Below are positions 18,270 through 25,201 of a DNA stretch of 32,000 nucleotides, piece after piece. The stretch lies in assembly GCF_003856495.1 (NCBI RefSeq), contig NZ_CP034118.1:2511842-2543841 (forward strand), written 5' to 3'. The translations under genes and the position numbers were made by a program. Positions within the stretch are counted from its first letter, which is position 1. Every line of letters starts with the position of its first letter. Origin of the DNA: Staphylospora marina. Lineage in GTDB: Bacteria; Bacillota; Bacilli; Thermoactinomycetales; Thermoactinomycetaceae. The notes under the pieces are model-generated. The model was not told the origin of the DNA, searched no databases, and was given only the letters and a program-made list of their open reading frames with translations.

Positions 18270-18902
18270 TCAGTAAGAGCAGGTGTTGAGCATGGCTTGC
18301 AGGGCGGATTTTTCCGAAGCCTGAACGCTCAGACCCCAGTTGTATTTGGTTCGGATCCACCACTTGGCATAAGCGCACCGGGCACCGGTTCTGGGCGGCT
18401 GCCAGGTGGACGGATCCTGGTCTCCCTTGCTTCTGTTCACGGAAGACGTCACGGCGATCAGTTGGGGGCCCGAGAGATCATTGGCGAATGCTTGCCGTTT
18501 CGACTGGGACCAGCTGCTTGCTCCCGAACGCCATGCCTCGGCCAAGGGCACGATATGATCAATGTCCACTTCGGAAGGACTGTAGACGACCACACCGTCA
18601 TAGTAGCTGTACCATTTGCCCGAGGTCACCGGACAGTTGCCGGAATAATAGTCCGCATCCCGTTTCAACACCACCTGACGGGTGTTGCAGCCGCCTCCCT
18701 GATTGGTCCAATGCGGGAATTTGTCGCGGGAGTATCCGGACATGGATCCTTCCGGCTCCACTTTGAGCGCGTTCAATTCAGCCTGGGCGCTGGCGAGCGA
18801 GGGAGTCGACGGCAGCGCAAAGGCGGATTCGGTCGGATAAACGATGGACAATGACAAAGCCAGCATCAACGCCAACGACATCATCAAGGGTTTGTGAACC
18901 AT
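18270..18902 (-). CDS. secreted HNH/DUF1524-type (GmrSD C-terminal-like) nuclease family protein
   Basis: ATG at 18900-18902 with GGAGG 7 nt upstream. It has a signal peptide with an AFA|L cleavage context and the His-Me finger context DIDHIVPLAEAW...NRSKGD. Confidence 0.7.
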   Translation of the reverse strand: MVHKPLMMSLALMLALSLSIVYPTESAFALPSTPSLASAQAELNALKVEPEGSMSGYSRDKFPHWTNQGGGCNTRQVVLKRDADYYSGNCPVTSGKWYSYYDGVVVYSPSEVDIDHIVPLAEAWRSGASSWSQSKRQAFANDLSGPQLIAVTSSVNRSKGDQDPSTWQPPRTGARCAYAKWWIRTKYNWGLSVQASEKSALQAMLNTCSY

Positions 18903-19030
18903 GATGCAACCTCCTGTTGTCAGAATCAAACCCTTCTATATCATAACATTCCGTTGGGTTGATGCATTAGTTTTTCTAATAAAAAAATACAGATAAATAA
19001 TATATCCATCTTTGACAATATCAAGATCGA

Positions 19031-19066
19031 CGCAAAAAGATCCGTCCCGCACTTGGCGAAACGGAT
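19031..19066 (-). terminator. Rho-independent terminator downstream of hpf
   Basis: Stem GATCCGT (19038-19044) / ACGGATC (19060-19066) is followed on the minus strand by TTTTTG (19031-19037). Confidence 0.55.
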
Positions 19067-19206
19067 CTCGGATTTCCGGTCAAACTCCGGTCGGCGGTTT
19101 TCTCTCCGCCGGTCCGTTCCGGAACCGGCCGGTCACCGCGCGAGCCGGCGGGGATGTTCTCGGTGAATTTTTCGCCGCGTTTGACCGATGGGACGAATCA
19201 TACGGT

Positions 19207-19758
19207 TCATTCGGGCTCAATCAGTCCGAATTTTCCGTCTCTTCGTTTGTAGATCACGTTGATCTGTTCGGTTGCGGCATTGGTGAACACAAAGAAATTG
19301 TGTCCCAGAAGCTCCATTTGCATCGCCGCTTCCTCCGCATCCATCGGTTTGAGGCTGAAGCGTTTGGTACGGACAATCTTGACGTCGCCTTCCTCATCAT
19401 CCGCCGGATCCCGGAGACTGACCGCATCCGGGAACGACTCCCTGAACTGACGGAACGCATCCTGTCTGGGCTTTCGGTTGATGCGAGTTTTGTACTTGCG
19501 GATCTGCCGTTCCAACTTCTCCACAACCAGATCCACGGAAGCGTACATGTCCTCGCTGGACTCCTCGGCGCGGACCAACAGTCCCGGAGCGGGAATGGTC
19601 ACTTCGACGCGATGTTGATCCTTGACCACGCTGAGAACCACGTTGGCTCGCGGTTTCTCACCGTCGAAGTACTTGCCCAGGCGCCCCAGCTTCTTGCGGG
19701 TATGCTCGCGGAGTGCATCTGTCACTTTCAGGTTGTTACCTCGGATGACATATCTCAT
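19207..19758 (-). CDS. hpf: ribosome hibernation-promoting factor (long HPF, YvyD-type)
   Basis: 183 aa with an N-terminal S30AE domain (MRYVIRGNNLKVTDALREH...) and a C-terminal dimerisation domain (KPMDAEEAAMQMELLGHNFFVF). GGAGG lies 8 nt upstream of the ATG at 19758. Confidence 0.93.
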   Translation of the reverse strand: MRYVIRGNNLKVTDALREHTRKKLGRLGKYFDGEKPRANVVLSVVKDQHRVEVTIPAPGLLVRAEESSEDMYASVDLVVEKLERQIRKYKTRINRKPRQDAFRQFRESFPDAVSLRDPADDEEGDVKIVRTKRFSLKPMDAEEAAMQMELLGHNFFVFTNAATEQINVIYKRRDGKFGLIEPE

Positions 19759-19791
19759 GGCGACATCCTCCTTACGCTTTGTACACTATTT

Positions 19792-19817
19792 ATTCCCCTG
19801 ATTCAGACGAATTTCCT
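19792..19817 (-). promoter_or_regulatory. possible SigH-type promoter for hpf
   Basis: Minus strand has AGGAAAT (19811-19817), a 14-nt spacer, then GGAAT (19792-19796), resembling the AGGAwwT / RGAAT consensus. B. subtilis hpf (yvyD) has a SigH promoter. Confidence 0.3.
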
Positions 19818-19872
19818 CTTGTTTTTTTTGAGAAATTTTTTGGAAATCAAAGGGAAGAACACGGACATCGCC

Positions 19873-19907
19873 AAATCAAAAAGTCCTCCGGACCAAAGTC
19901 CGGAGGA
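19873..19907 (-). terminator. Rho-independent terminator after the cold-shock gene
   Basis: Perfect 10-bp stem TCCTCCGGAC (19884-19893) / GTCCGGAGGA (19898-19907). The minus strand continues CTTTTTGATTT. Confidence 0.85.
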
Positions 19908-19923
19908 CATGCATTTTCCGAAA

Positions 19924-20130
19924 TCACTCAGCGTCAAGTTTGACCACGTTCGCGGCTTGCGGCCCGCGCGGACCCTCCACGATCTCAAACTCTACGCGTT
20001 GGCCTTCTTCCAGCGATTTGAAACCTTCCATTTGGATGGCGGAAAAATGGACGAACACGTCGCCGCCGTCCTCACGCTCGATGAAGCCGTAGCCTTTTTC
20101 CGCGCTGAACCACTTGACTTTGCCTTGCAT
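19924..20130 (-). CDS. cold-shock protein (CspA family)
   Basis: 68 aa beginning [29 protein letters not shown], with the RNP1 and RNP2 motifs. ATG at 20128-20130. The ORF extension to 20340 is spurious. Confidence 0.95.
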   Translation of the reverse strand: MQGKVKWFSAEKGYGFIEREDGGDVFVHFSAIQMEGFKSLEEGQRVEFEIVEGPRGPQAANVVKLDAE

Positions 20131-20366
20131 GAAAAACAGTCCCTTCTTGAAACAGATATTTCGCGCGGCTTGCTCCGAAAGCGGAGCTTGTCGGGCAGAC
20201 GGGACATCGGCCCGCAACCCGCAGGCTTTGCCAGAAGCCTGGTGGAGGAGGGTCCCGGAATCACTGGAAGAGTGTTCGAGCGCTCCTTCCTTGAGTTCCG
20301 GACACACGTCCCGCAAGGGGAGAGACGGAACCCAAAGCATAAGAATGAAAATTCTTACGCCACTCC

Positions 20367-20396
20367 ACTATATCACTGGGAAACAGTGCATGTCAA
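20367..20396 (-). promoter_or_regulatory. strong sigmaA-type promoter of the csp gene (gives a ~230-nt 5' UTR)
   Basis: Minus strand: TTGACA (20391-20396), 18-nt spacer, TATAGT (20367-20372). Confidence 0.6.
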
Positions 20397-20409
20397 GCGA
20401 CGCGCGGGC

Positions 20410-21147
20410 TCACAGCACTTTGCTCAGGAAGGCTTTCAAGCGATCATGCTTGGGATTTCCAAATACTTCTTCGGGCGTCCCTTCTTCGATGATGCGACCC
20501 TGATCCATGAACAGAACGCGGTCGCCCACTTCGCGGGCAAAGCCCATTTCGTGGGTCACCACCACCATGGTCATGCCTTCCTTGGCCAGCTGTTTCATGA
20601 CCTCAAGCACTTCTTTCACCATCTCCGGATCCAGTGCGGAGGTGGGTTCGTCAAACAGCATGAGTTTGGGTTCCATCGCCAGCGCCCGTGCGATCGCGAC
20701 ACGTTGTTTTTGTCCGCCGGACAGCTCTTCCGGCCAAGCGTTCGCCTTGTCTTTCAAGCCCACTTTTTCCAGGAGCTCCAGCGCTTTTTTCTCCGCCTGC
20801 TCTTTGGAAACCTTGCGGACATGGATCGGGCCGAGCGTGATGTTGTCCAACACTTTTTTGTGCGGAAACAGCTCAAATTGCTGAAACACCATGCCCACGT
20901 CGGTGCGCACTTTGTTGATGTCCGTGGCGGGATCGGTCAGATCGTGACCGTTGACGACCACCTTTCCGGAGCTGACCGCTTCCAGGAGATTGAGGCAGCG
21001 AAGAAACGTACTCTTGCCGGAACCGCTCGGTCCGATGACGCAGACCACTTCCCCTTCACGGATCTCGGCATCGATGTCTTTGAGCACATGGTGGGAACCG
21101 AACGATTTGTTCAGTTTCTCCACGTGAATCACAACGTTTCCGCTCAT
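20410..21147 (-). CDS. polar amino-acid ABC transporter ATP-binding protein
   Basis: Walker [10 protein letters not shown], signature LSGGQKQR, Walker [13 protein letters not shown], and the typical GlnQ/ArtM-family length (245 aa). The ATG overlaps the permease stop (ATGA). Confidence 0.93.
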   Translation of the reverse strand: MSGNVVIHVEKLNKSFGSHHVLKDIDAEIREGEVVCVIGPSGSGKSTFLRCLNLLEAVSSGKVVVNGHDLTDPATDINKVRTDVGMVFQQFELFPHKKVLDNITLGPIHVRKVSKEQAEKKALELLEKVGLKDKANAWPEELSGGQKQRVAIARALAMEPKLMLFDEPTSALDPEMVKEVLEVMKQLAKEGMTMVVVTHEMGFAREVGDRVLFMDQGRIIEEGTPEEVFGNPKHDRLKAFLSKVL

Positions 21148-21836
21148 GCCGCTCCTCCTTTCCGGCTTCCGGTTTCAAAGCGTTTTTCCAGATGGAGCAC
21201 GACCCGGGACAAAAGCAGGGTCAAAATCAGATACATCACGCCGGCCATCAGATACGGCGGAATCCGCTCGAAGGTGTTTTTGGCCGTGGTGAAGGCGGCG
21301 TACGTAATGTCATTGACGGCGATCATCGCCACCAGCGAAGAGTCTTTGAGCAGGGCGATGAATTCATTGCCCAGCGGAGGGAGCATCCGCTTGAACGCCT
21401 GGGGCAGGATCACCAGTTTCATGGCCTGGCCGTACGTCATGCCCAGCGAACGGGCCGCTTCCATCTGTCCCTTGTCGATCGACTGAATGCCTCCGCGGAA
21501 GATTTCCGCGATGTATGCGCCGGCGTTCAGCGAAAGCGCGACGAAGCTTGAGAACAGGGCGTCCGGAGGAACCATGCCCAACGATTCAAACAGGGTGGGC
21601 AACACGGCGAAGTGAATGGCGAGGATCTGCAAAAACAGGGGCGTTCCCCGGAACAGATCGACATAAGCTTTGGCCGGCCAGATCAGCCATTTTTTTCCGG
21701 AAATCCGCATCAGACCGAGCGTCAGCCCGATCAACAGTCCCACCAGCACGGCCACGACCGTCAACTGGATCGTGGTAAACAACCCTCGAATGAACAAATC
21801 CTTGTAATCAATGAGGACGGACCAGTCAAAACTCAT
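21144..21836 (-). CDS. amino-acid ABC transporter permease (HisMQ/GlnP family)
   Basis: About 5 TM segments and the EAA-like loop ([28 protein letters not shown]). The preferred start is the ATG at 21834-21836. The alternative GTG at 21845 is only 2 nt from GGAGG. Confidence 0.9.
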   Translation of the reverse strand: MSFDWSVLIDYKDLFIRGLFTTIQLTVVAVLVGLLIGLTLGLMRISGKKWLIWPAKAYVDLFRGTPLFLQILAIHFAVLPTLFESLGMVPPDALFSSFVALSLNAGAYIAEIFRGGIQSIDKGQMEAARSLGMTYGQAMKLVILPQAFKRMLPPLGNEFIALLKDSSLVAMIAVNDITYAAFTTAKNTFERIPPYLMAGVMYLILTLLLSRVVLHLEKRFETGSRKGGAA

Positions 21837-21837
21837 G

Positions 21838-21954
21838 TTATCCACAACCTCCTTCTCCCGAAATGCATGACCGTCAAGTTGTGCACAATTTTATCCACAT
21901 CATCCACAACCGGAACGCCAAAAATTCACACAGGTTTTTCACAAGTTATCCACA
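21838..21954 (+). promoter_or_regulatory. DnaA-box cluster (7 co-oriented boxes)
   Basis: Perfect TTATCCACA boxes lie at 21838-21846, 21891-21899 and 21946-21954. One-mismatch boxes are TTGTGCACA (21879-21887), TCATCCACA (21900-21908) and TTTTTCACA (21935-21943). AAATTCACA (21922-21930) has two mismatches. Confidence 0.8.
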
Positions 21955-21990
21955 AGAACGGACATTCCCGTCATGGTGACGTTCTGACAC

Positions 21991-22018
21991 GAAAGGGAGT
22001 GCCGGAGCACTCCCTTTT
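21991..22018. terminator. Intra-operon hairpin (attenuator/terminator) just after the binding-protein gene
   Basis: Stem GGGAGTGC (21995-22002) / GCACTCCC (22007-22014) lies 7 nt past the stop at 22022. It is followed by TTTC on the minus strand and TTTT on the plus strand. Confidence 0.55.
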
Positions 22019-22021
22019 CCA

Positions 22022-22807
22022 TCACTGCGCGGCGCCGAAATATTTGTCGTAAATTTTGTCGTAGGTGCCGTCTTCCTTGATTTTCTTCAGGCCCTCATTC
22101 AGCATTTCAAGCACTTTGGTGTTGCCTTTTTTCACCATGATGCCGTACTGTTCGGGCGCGATGGAGGTATCTTCCACCAGCTTGAATTTGTCGGAGCCCA
22201 GTTTTTTGATGTATTCGTTCACGACGGCATTGTCCACCACCACGGCATCCAGACGGCCCACTTGCAGGTCGTTGATCGCACCGGCGATATCGTCATACCC
22301 TTTGAGGCCCTGGTACGTTTTTCCGAATGCTTCCTGCACCACGGCTTCCCCGGTGGTGGCGGATTGCACGCCGATTTTCTTGCCGTTCAATTCTTTCAGG
22401 GATTGGACCGTGGAGTTGGTCGGGACGAGAATCAGCTGTTTTGCATCAAAATACGGCTCGGTGAAGTCGTATTTTTGCTTCCGCTCTTCGGTGATCGTGA
22501 TGGCGGAAATGGCGGCATCCAGCTTGCCGCGGTCGATGCCTTCAAACAGCGGGTCCCAGCCCACGTGCTGCAGCTGCACTTCAAACCCGCCGGCGTTGGC
22601 CACCGCGTTCAGGATCTCCACGTCAAAACCGGTGATTTCACCGTTGCCTTCCTGTTTTTCGAACGGCGGGAACTGCGCGTCCGTTCCCACTTTCAGAACG
22701 GTTTTGCCGCCTTCGCCGGTTTGCTCCTTGCCCGCATCGCCACAGCCGGCGAGCACCGAGAAGGACAACAGCAGGGCGAAAAGCACGAGTCCGATTCGTT
22801 TCATCAT
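22022..22807 (-). CDS. amino-acid ABC transporter substrate-binding lipoprotein (paralog 1)
   Basis: Start at the ATGATG at 22802-22807 with GGAGG 9 nt upstream. It has the lipobox VLAGC and the family-3 SBP motif GTDAQFPPFE. Confidence 0.9.
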   Translation of the reverse strand: MMKRIGLVLFALLLSFSVLAGCGDAGKEQTGEGGKTVLKVGTDAQFPPFEKQEGNGEITGFDVEILNAVANAGGFEVQLQHVGWDPLFEGIDRGKLDAAISAITITEERKQKYDFTEPYFDAKQLILVPTNSTVQSLKELNGKKIGVQSATTGEAVVQEAFGKTYQGLKGYDDIAGAINDLQVGRLDAVVVDNAVVNEYIKKLGSDKFKLVEDTSIAPEQYGIMVKKGNTKVLEMLNEGLKKIKEDGTYDKIYDKYFGAAQ

Positions 22808-22889
22808 TGAAGTGCTCCTCCTTTTCCTGAAACCGGAACCGAACGTGAAGCCGGTCACCCGGGCATGATCTTCGTGAATCACGGTTCAT

Positions 22890-22919
22890 ATTATAAAACT
22901 TTCCTGCATGAACATGCAA
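22890..22919 (-). promoter_or_regulatory. sigmaA-type promoter of the SBP1-permease-ATPase operon
   Basis: Minus strand: TTGCAT (22914-22919), 18-nt spacer, TATAAT (22890-22895). The palindrome TGCATGaaCATGCA (22905-22918) overlaps the -35. TGAATcacgGTTCA (22875-22888) lies just downstream of the -10. Confidence 0.5.
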
Positions 22920-23017
22920 TTGGAATAGTTTTCTATAAAATCCGTATTATCACCCATCTTTATTCCGTCCGACGGACGCAAAAGGGGCAACCCGGTTCCG
23001 GTCGAACGTTCCACTTG

Positions 23018-23821
23018 TCATTCAAGAGGAACGGAAGACTCAATCGCCGAGAAATATTCCAGGAAGATCTGGTCATAAATTCCGTCTTTCCGGACTTTGT
23101 CGAGACCGTCGTCAATCATTTTCAAGAGTTCCGTGTTCCCTTTTTTGACCATGATGCCGTACTGTTCGGACGGAAACGAAGGATCTTCCACAACCTTGAA
23201 CTGTTCATCCCCGAGTTGCTTCAACCAATACAGGATCAGCCCCCGGTCGGCAAGCACCGCGTCGATGCGTCCGGCCTTCAAATCCTTGATTCCTTCACCG
23301 ACATCCTTGTATTTCCGGATCCCCGGATCGTTTTTCCCAAGACGTTCCTCGGCCAGTTCTTCCCCGGTCGTGCCGGAAGCAACGCCCACTTTCTTGCCTT
23401 TCACGTCCTTGAATGACTTGATCGGTGAATGGGCCGGTACGAGAATCATTTGGGTCGCTTCGAAATAAGGAGCGGAAAAATCGAAATCCTTCTTTCGTTC
23501 TTCCGTGATGGAAATGGCGGAAATGGCCGCGTCGATTTCTCCCGACTTCAGCTTTTCAAACATCGGATCCCAGCCGGTATGAATGATTTGAACATCCTGT
23601 CCCGTCTCCGAAGCAATCGCTTTCATCAGATCGATGTCAAACCCGCTGAGCTGATCGGAGGAATCTTTCATCTCGAACGGGGGAAATTGGGCGTCGGTCC
23701 CGACTTTGATCGTGACGGCTTTTTTCTCCCCGCCGCTGACGGCCCCGCCTCCGCACCCTGTCAACATCAACACCAATCCCACAATCGCCAGGAACCACCT
23801 GCATGATTTCAGCCTCAGCAA
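23018..23821 (-). CDS. amino-acid ABC transporter substrate-binding lipoprotein (paralog 2)
   Basis: TTG start at 23819-23821 after AAGGAGAGAAGGGA gives MLRLKSCRWFLAIVGLVLMLTGC, with a lipobox. By eye it is about half identical to paralog 1, including GTDAQFPPFE and EQYGIMVKKGNT. Confidence 0.88.
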   Translation of the reverse strand: MLRLKSCRWFLAIVGLVLMLTGCGGGAVSGGEKKAVTIKVGTDAQFPPFEMKDSSDQLSGFDIDLMKAIASETGQDVQIIHTGWDPMFEKLKSGEIDAAISAISITEERKKDFDFSAPYFEATQMILVPAHSPIKSFKDVKGKKVGVASGTTGEELAEERLGKNDPGIRKYKDVGEGIKDLKAGRIDAVLADRGLILYWLKQLGDEQFKVVEDPSFPSEQYGIMVKKGNTELLKMIDDGLDKVRKDGIYDQIFLEYFSAIESSVPLE

Positions 23822-23906
23822 ATCCCTTCTCTCCTTGTCAAGGTTTGGAAAAAACGTTTCGAGAGTAAAAATAGTTTCGAAAAGTGAAATAACAACTTTT
23901 TGTCTC

Positions 23907-23936
23907 ATTATAAAACAAGCCCTGACACAAATTCAA
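23907..23936 (-). promoter_or_regulatory. sigmaA-type promoter of SBP paralog 2
   Basis: Minus strand: TTGAAT (23931-23936), 18-nt spacer, TATAAT (23907-23912). Confidence 0.5.
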
Positions 23937-23948
23937 TTCACATTTTCG

Positions 23949-23990
23949 ACAAGAACAAAGCCCCTGTCCCGCATGATTCGGGAAAGGGGC
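23949..23990 (-). terminator. Rho-independent terminator after the HU gene
   Basis: Minus strand reads GCCCCTttCCCGaatcatgCGGGacAGGGGC followed by TTTGTTCTTG. Confidence 0.7.
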
Positions 23991-24103
23991 TGTCAGCCAA
24001 CTTTTCATTCCGAAATTTTCCTTTCAATTTGTCGGGATCCCGCAGGATGATCGAATGATTCCGTGTCGACCGTCACCGCGGGCGGACCCGTTTCCCCGCA
24101 AAA

Positions 24104-24379
24104 TCAGCCGTTGACCAGCTCTTTGAGCTGTTTGCCGGGCTTGAAGACGGGGGTTTTGCTTGCCTCGATGTGAATTTCTTCGCCGGTCTGCGGGTTGCGC
24201 CCCTTCCGGGCGGCACGATCGCGGACCTCGAAGTTTCCGAATCCGATCAACGTCACTTTTTCACCGTTTTTGAGCGCTTCGGAGATGGACGAAAGAACGG
24301 CCTCCACCACCGCTCCGGCTTCTTTCTTGGTCTTTCCCGTGCTTTCGGCCACCCGATCGATCAGTTCCGCCTTGTTCAT
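24104..24379 (-). CDS. hbs: DNA-binding protein HU
   Basis: 91 aa: [12 protein letters not shown]...[24 protein letters not shown]..., the canonical HU fold sequence. Confidence 0.95.
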   Translation of the reverse strand: MNKAELIDRVAESTGKTKKEAGAVVEAVLSSISEALKNGEKVTLIGFGNFEVRDRAARKGRNPQTGEEIHIEASKTPVFKPGKQLKELVNG

Positions 24380-24475
24380 GTTTCACAACTCTCCTTGTCG
24401 GTTTGATAGGTTGGAAGAGAATTCCTATTCCCTTGTGTTGCCTCATTCGCCGGATTCTATACCAATTGAAACCAT

Positions 24476-25201
24476 CTATCTCGCAAACGTCACCGCAAGA
24501 ATCGGGCCGGCGCCGGCCCTTCTGAGCGGTTCCGCACATTCCCTGAGCGTGGTTCCGGTCGTGTACACGTCATCCACCAGCAAGATGGTCTTGCCGCCAA
24601 GATCTTTCTTGACAAATCCGGGAGCCAATCGAAAAGCTCCCCGCAAGGAAACCAGCCGTTCCCTCCGGCTTCCGAGGGCCTGGGATGCGGTCGGCCGCCC
24701 GCGCTCCAAAACCCGCGCCATGGGAATGCCGGTTTTTTCACTGATCACCCGGCCCAGCAATTCGGACTGGTTGAATCCCCTCTCCCTCAATCTGTCCGGA
24801 TGAAGGGGAACCGCCGTCAGCCGGTCAATGTTCAAATGCCCGTAGTGTTTCCGAACCACCTCCGCCATCCACTCGCCCATGAAACCGGCCAGGCTCTCTT
24901 TTCCCCGATATTTGAGTGTCCGGATCCACTCCCCGGCTTCGCCGTCGTAACGAACGGCACTGCGACAGGGAACGCGCTCCGATGCATCCACCCGGAGACA
25001 ATCCCCGCACAGGGGGAAATCCCCCGGTTCCCGCATCCGTCCGCAAGACTCGCACAATTCCCCTTCGATCGGCAGGATCCCTTGCCGGCAACCGGCACAA
25101 ATCCGACGAACGGCGGGATCCCACGGATGCGCCCGGACCGGTCGTTCACAGATCGGGCAGCCCGCCGGCGGAGCAAACAGTTTGAACCACCACTCTGTCA
25201 A
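24476..25201 (-). CDS. comFC: ComF family protein (ComFC, PRTase-like with N-terminal Cys4 zinc ribbon)
   Basis: CPICERP...CAGC and CESCG...CGDC cysteine pairs, plus the C-terminal PRT motif ILLVDDVYTTGTT. The TTG start at 25199-25201 overlaps the comFA stop by 4 nt. Confidence 0.85.
   Translation of the reverse strand: MTEWWFKLFAPPAGCPICERPVRAHPWDPAVRRICAGCRQGILPIEGELCESCGRMREPGDFPLCGDCLRVDASERVPCRSAVRYDGEAGEWIRTLKYRGKESLAGFMGEWMAEVVRKHYGHLNIDRLTAVPLHPDRLRERGFNQSELLGRVISEKTGIPMARVLERGRPTASQALGSRRERLVSLRGAFRLAPGFVKKDLGGKTILLVDDVYTTGTTLRECAEPLRRAGAGPILAVTFAR

Noticed and set aside
21838-21954. The DnaA-box cluster as the chromosomal replication origin (oriC).
   Set aside because: There is no dnaA or dnaN nearby, and I saw no AT-rich unwinding element adjacent. 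All boxes are co-oriented, and the cluster lies inside an operon. It is retained as a non-origin DnaA-box cluster pending a genome-wide check.
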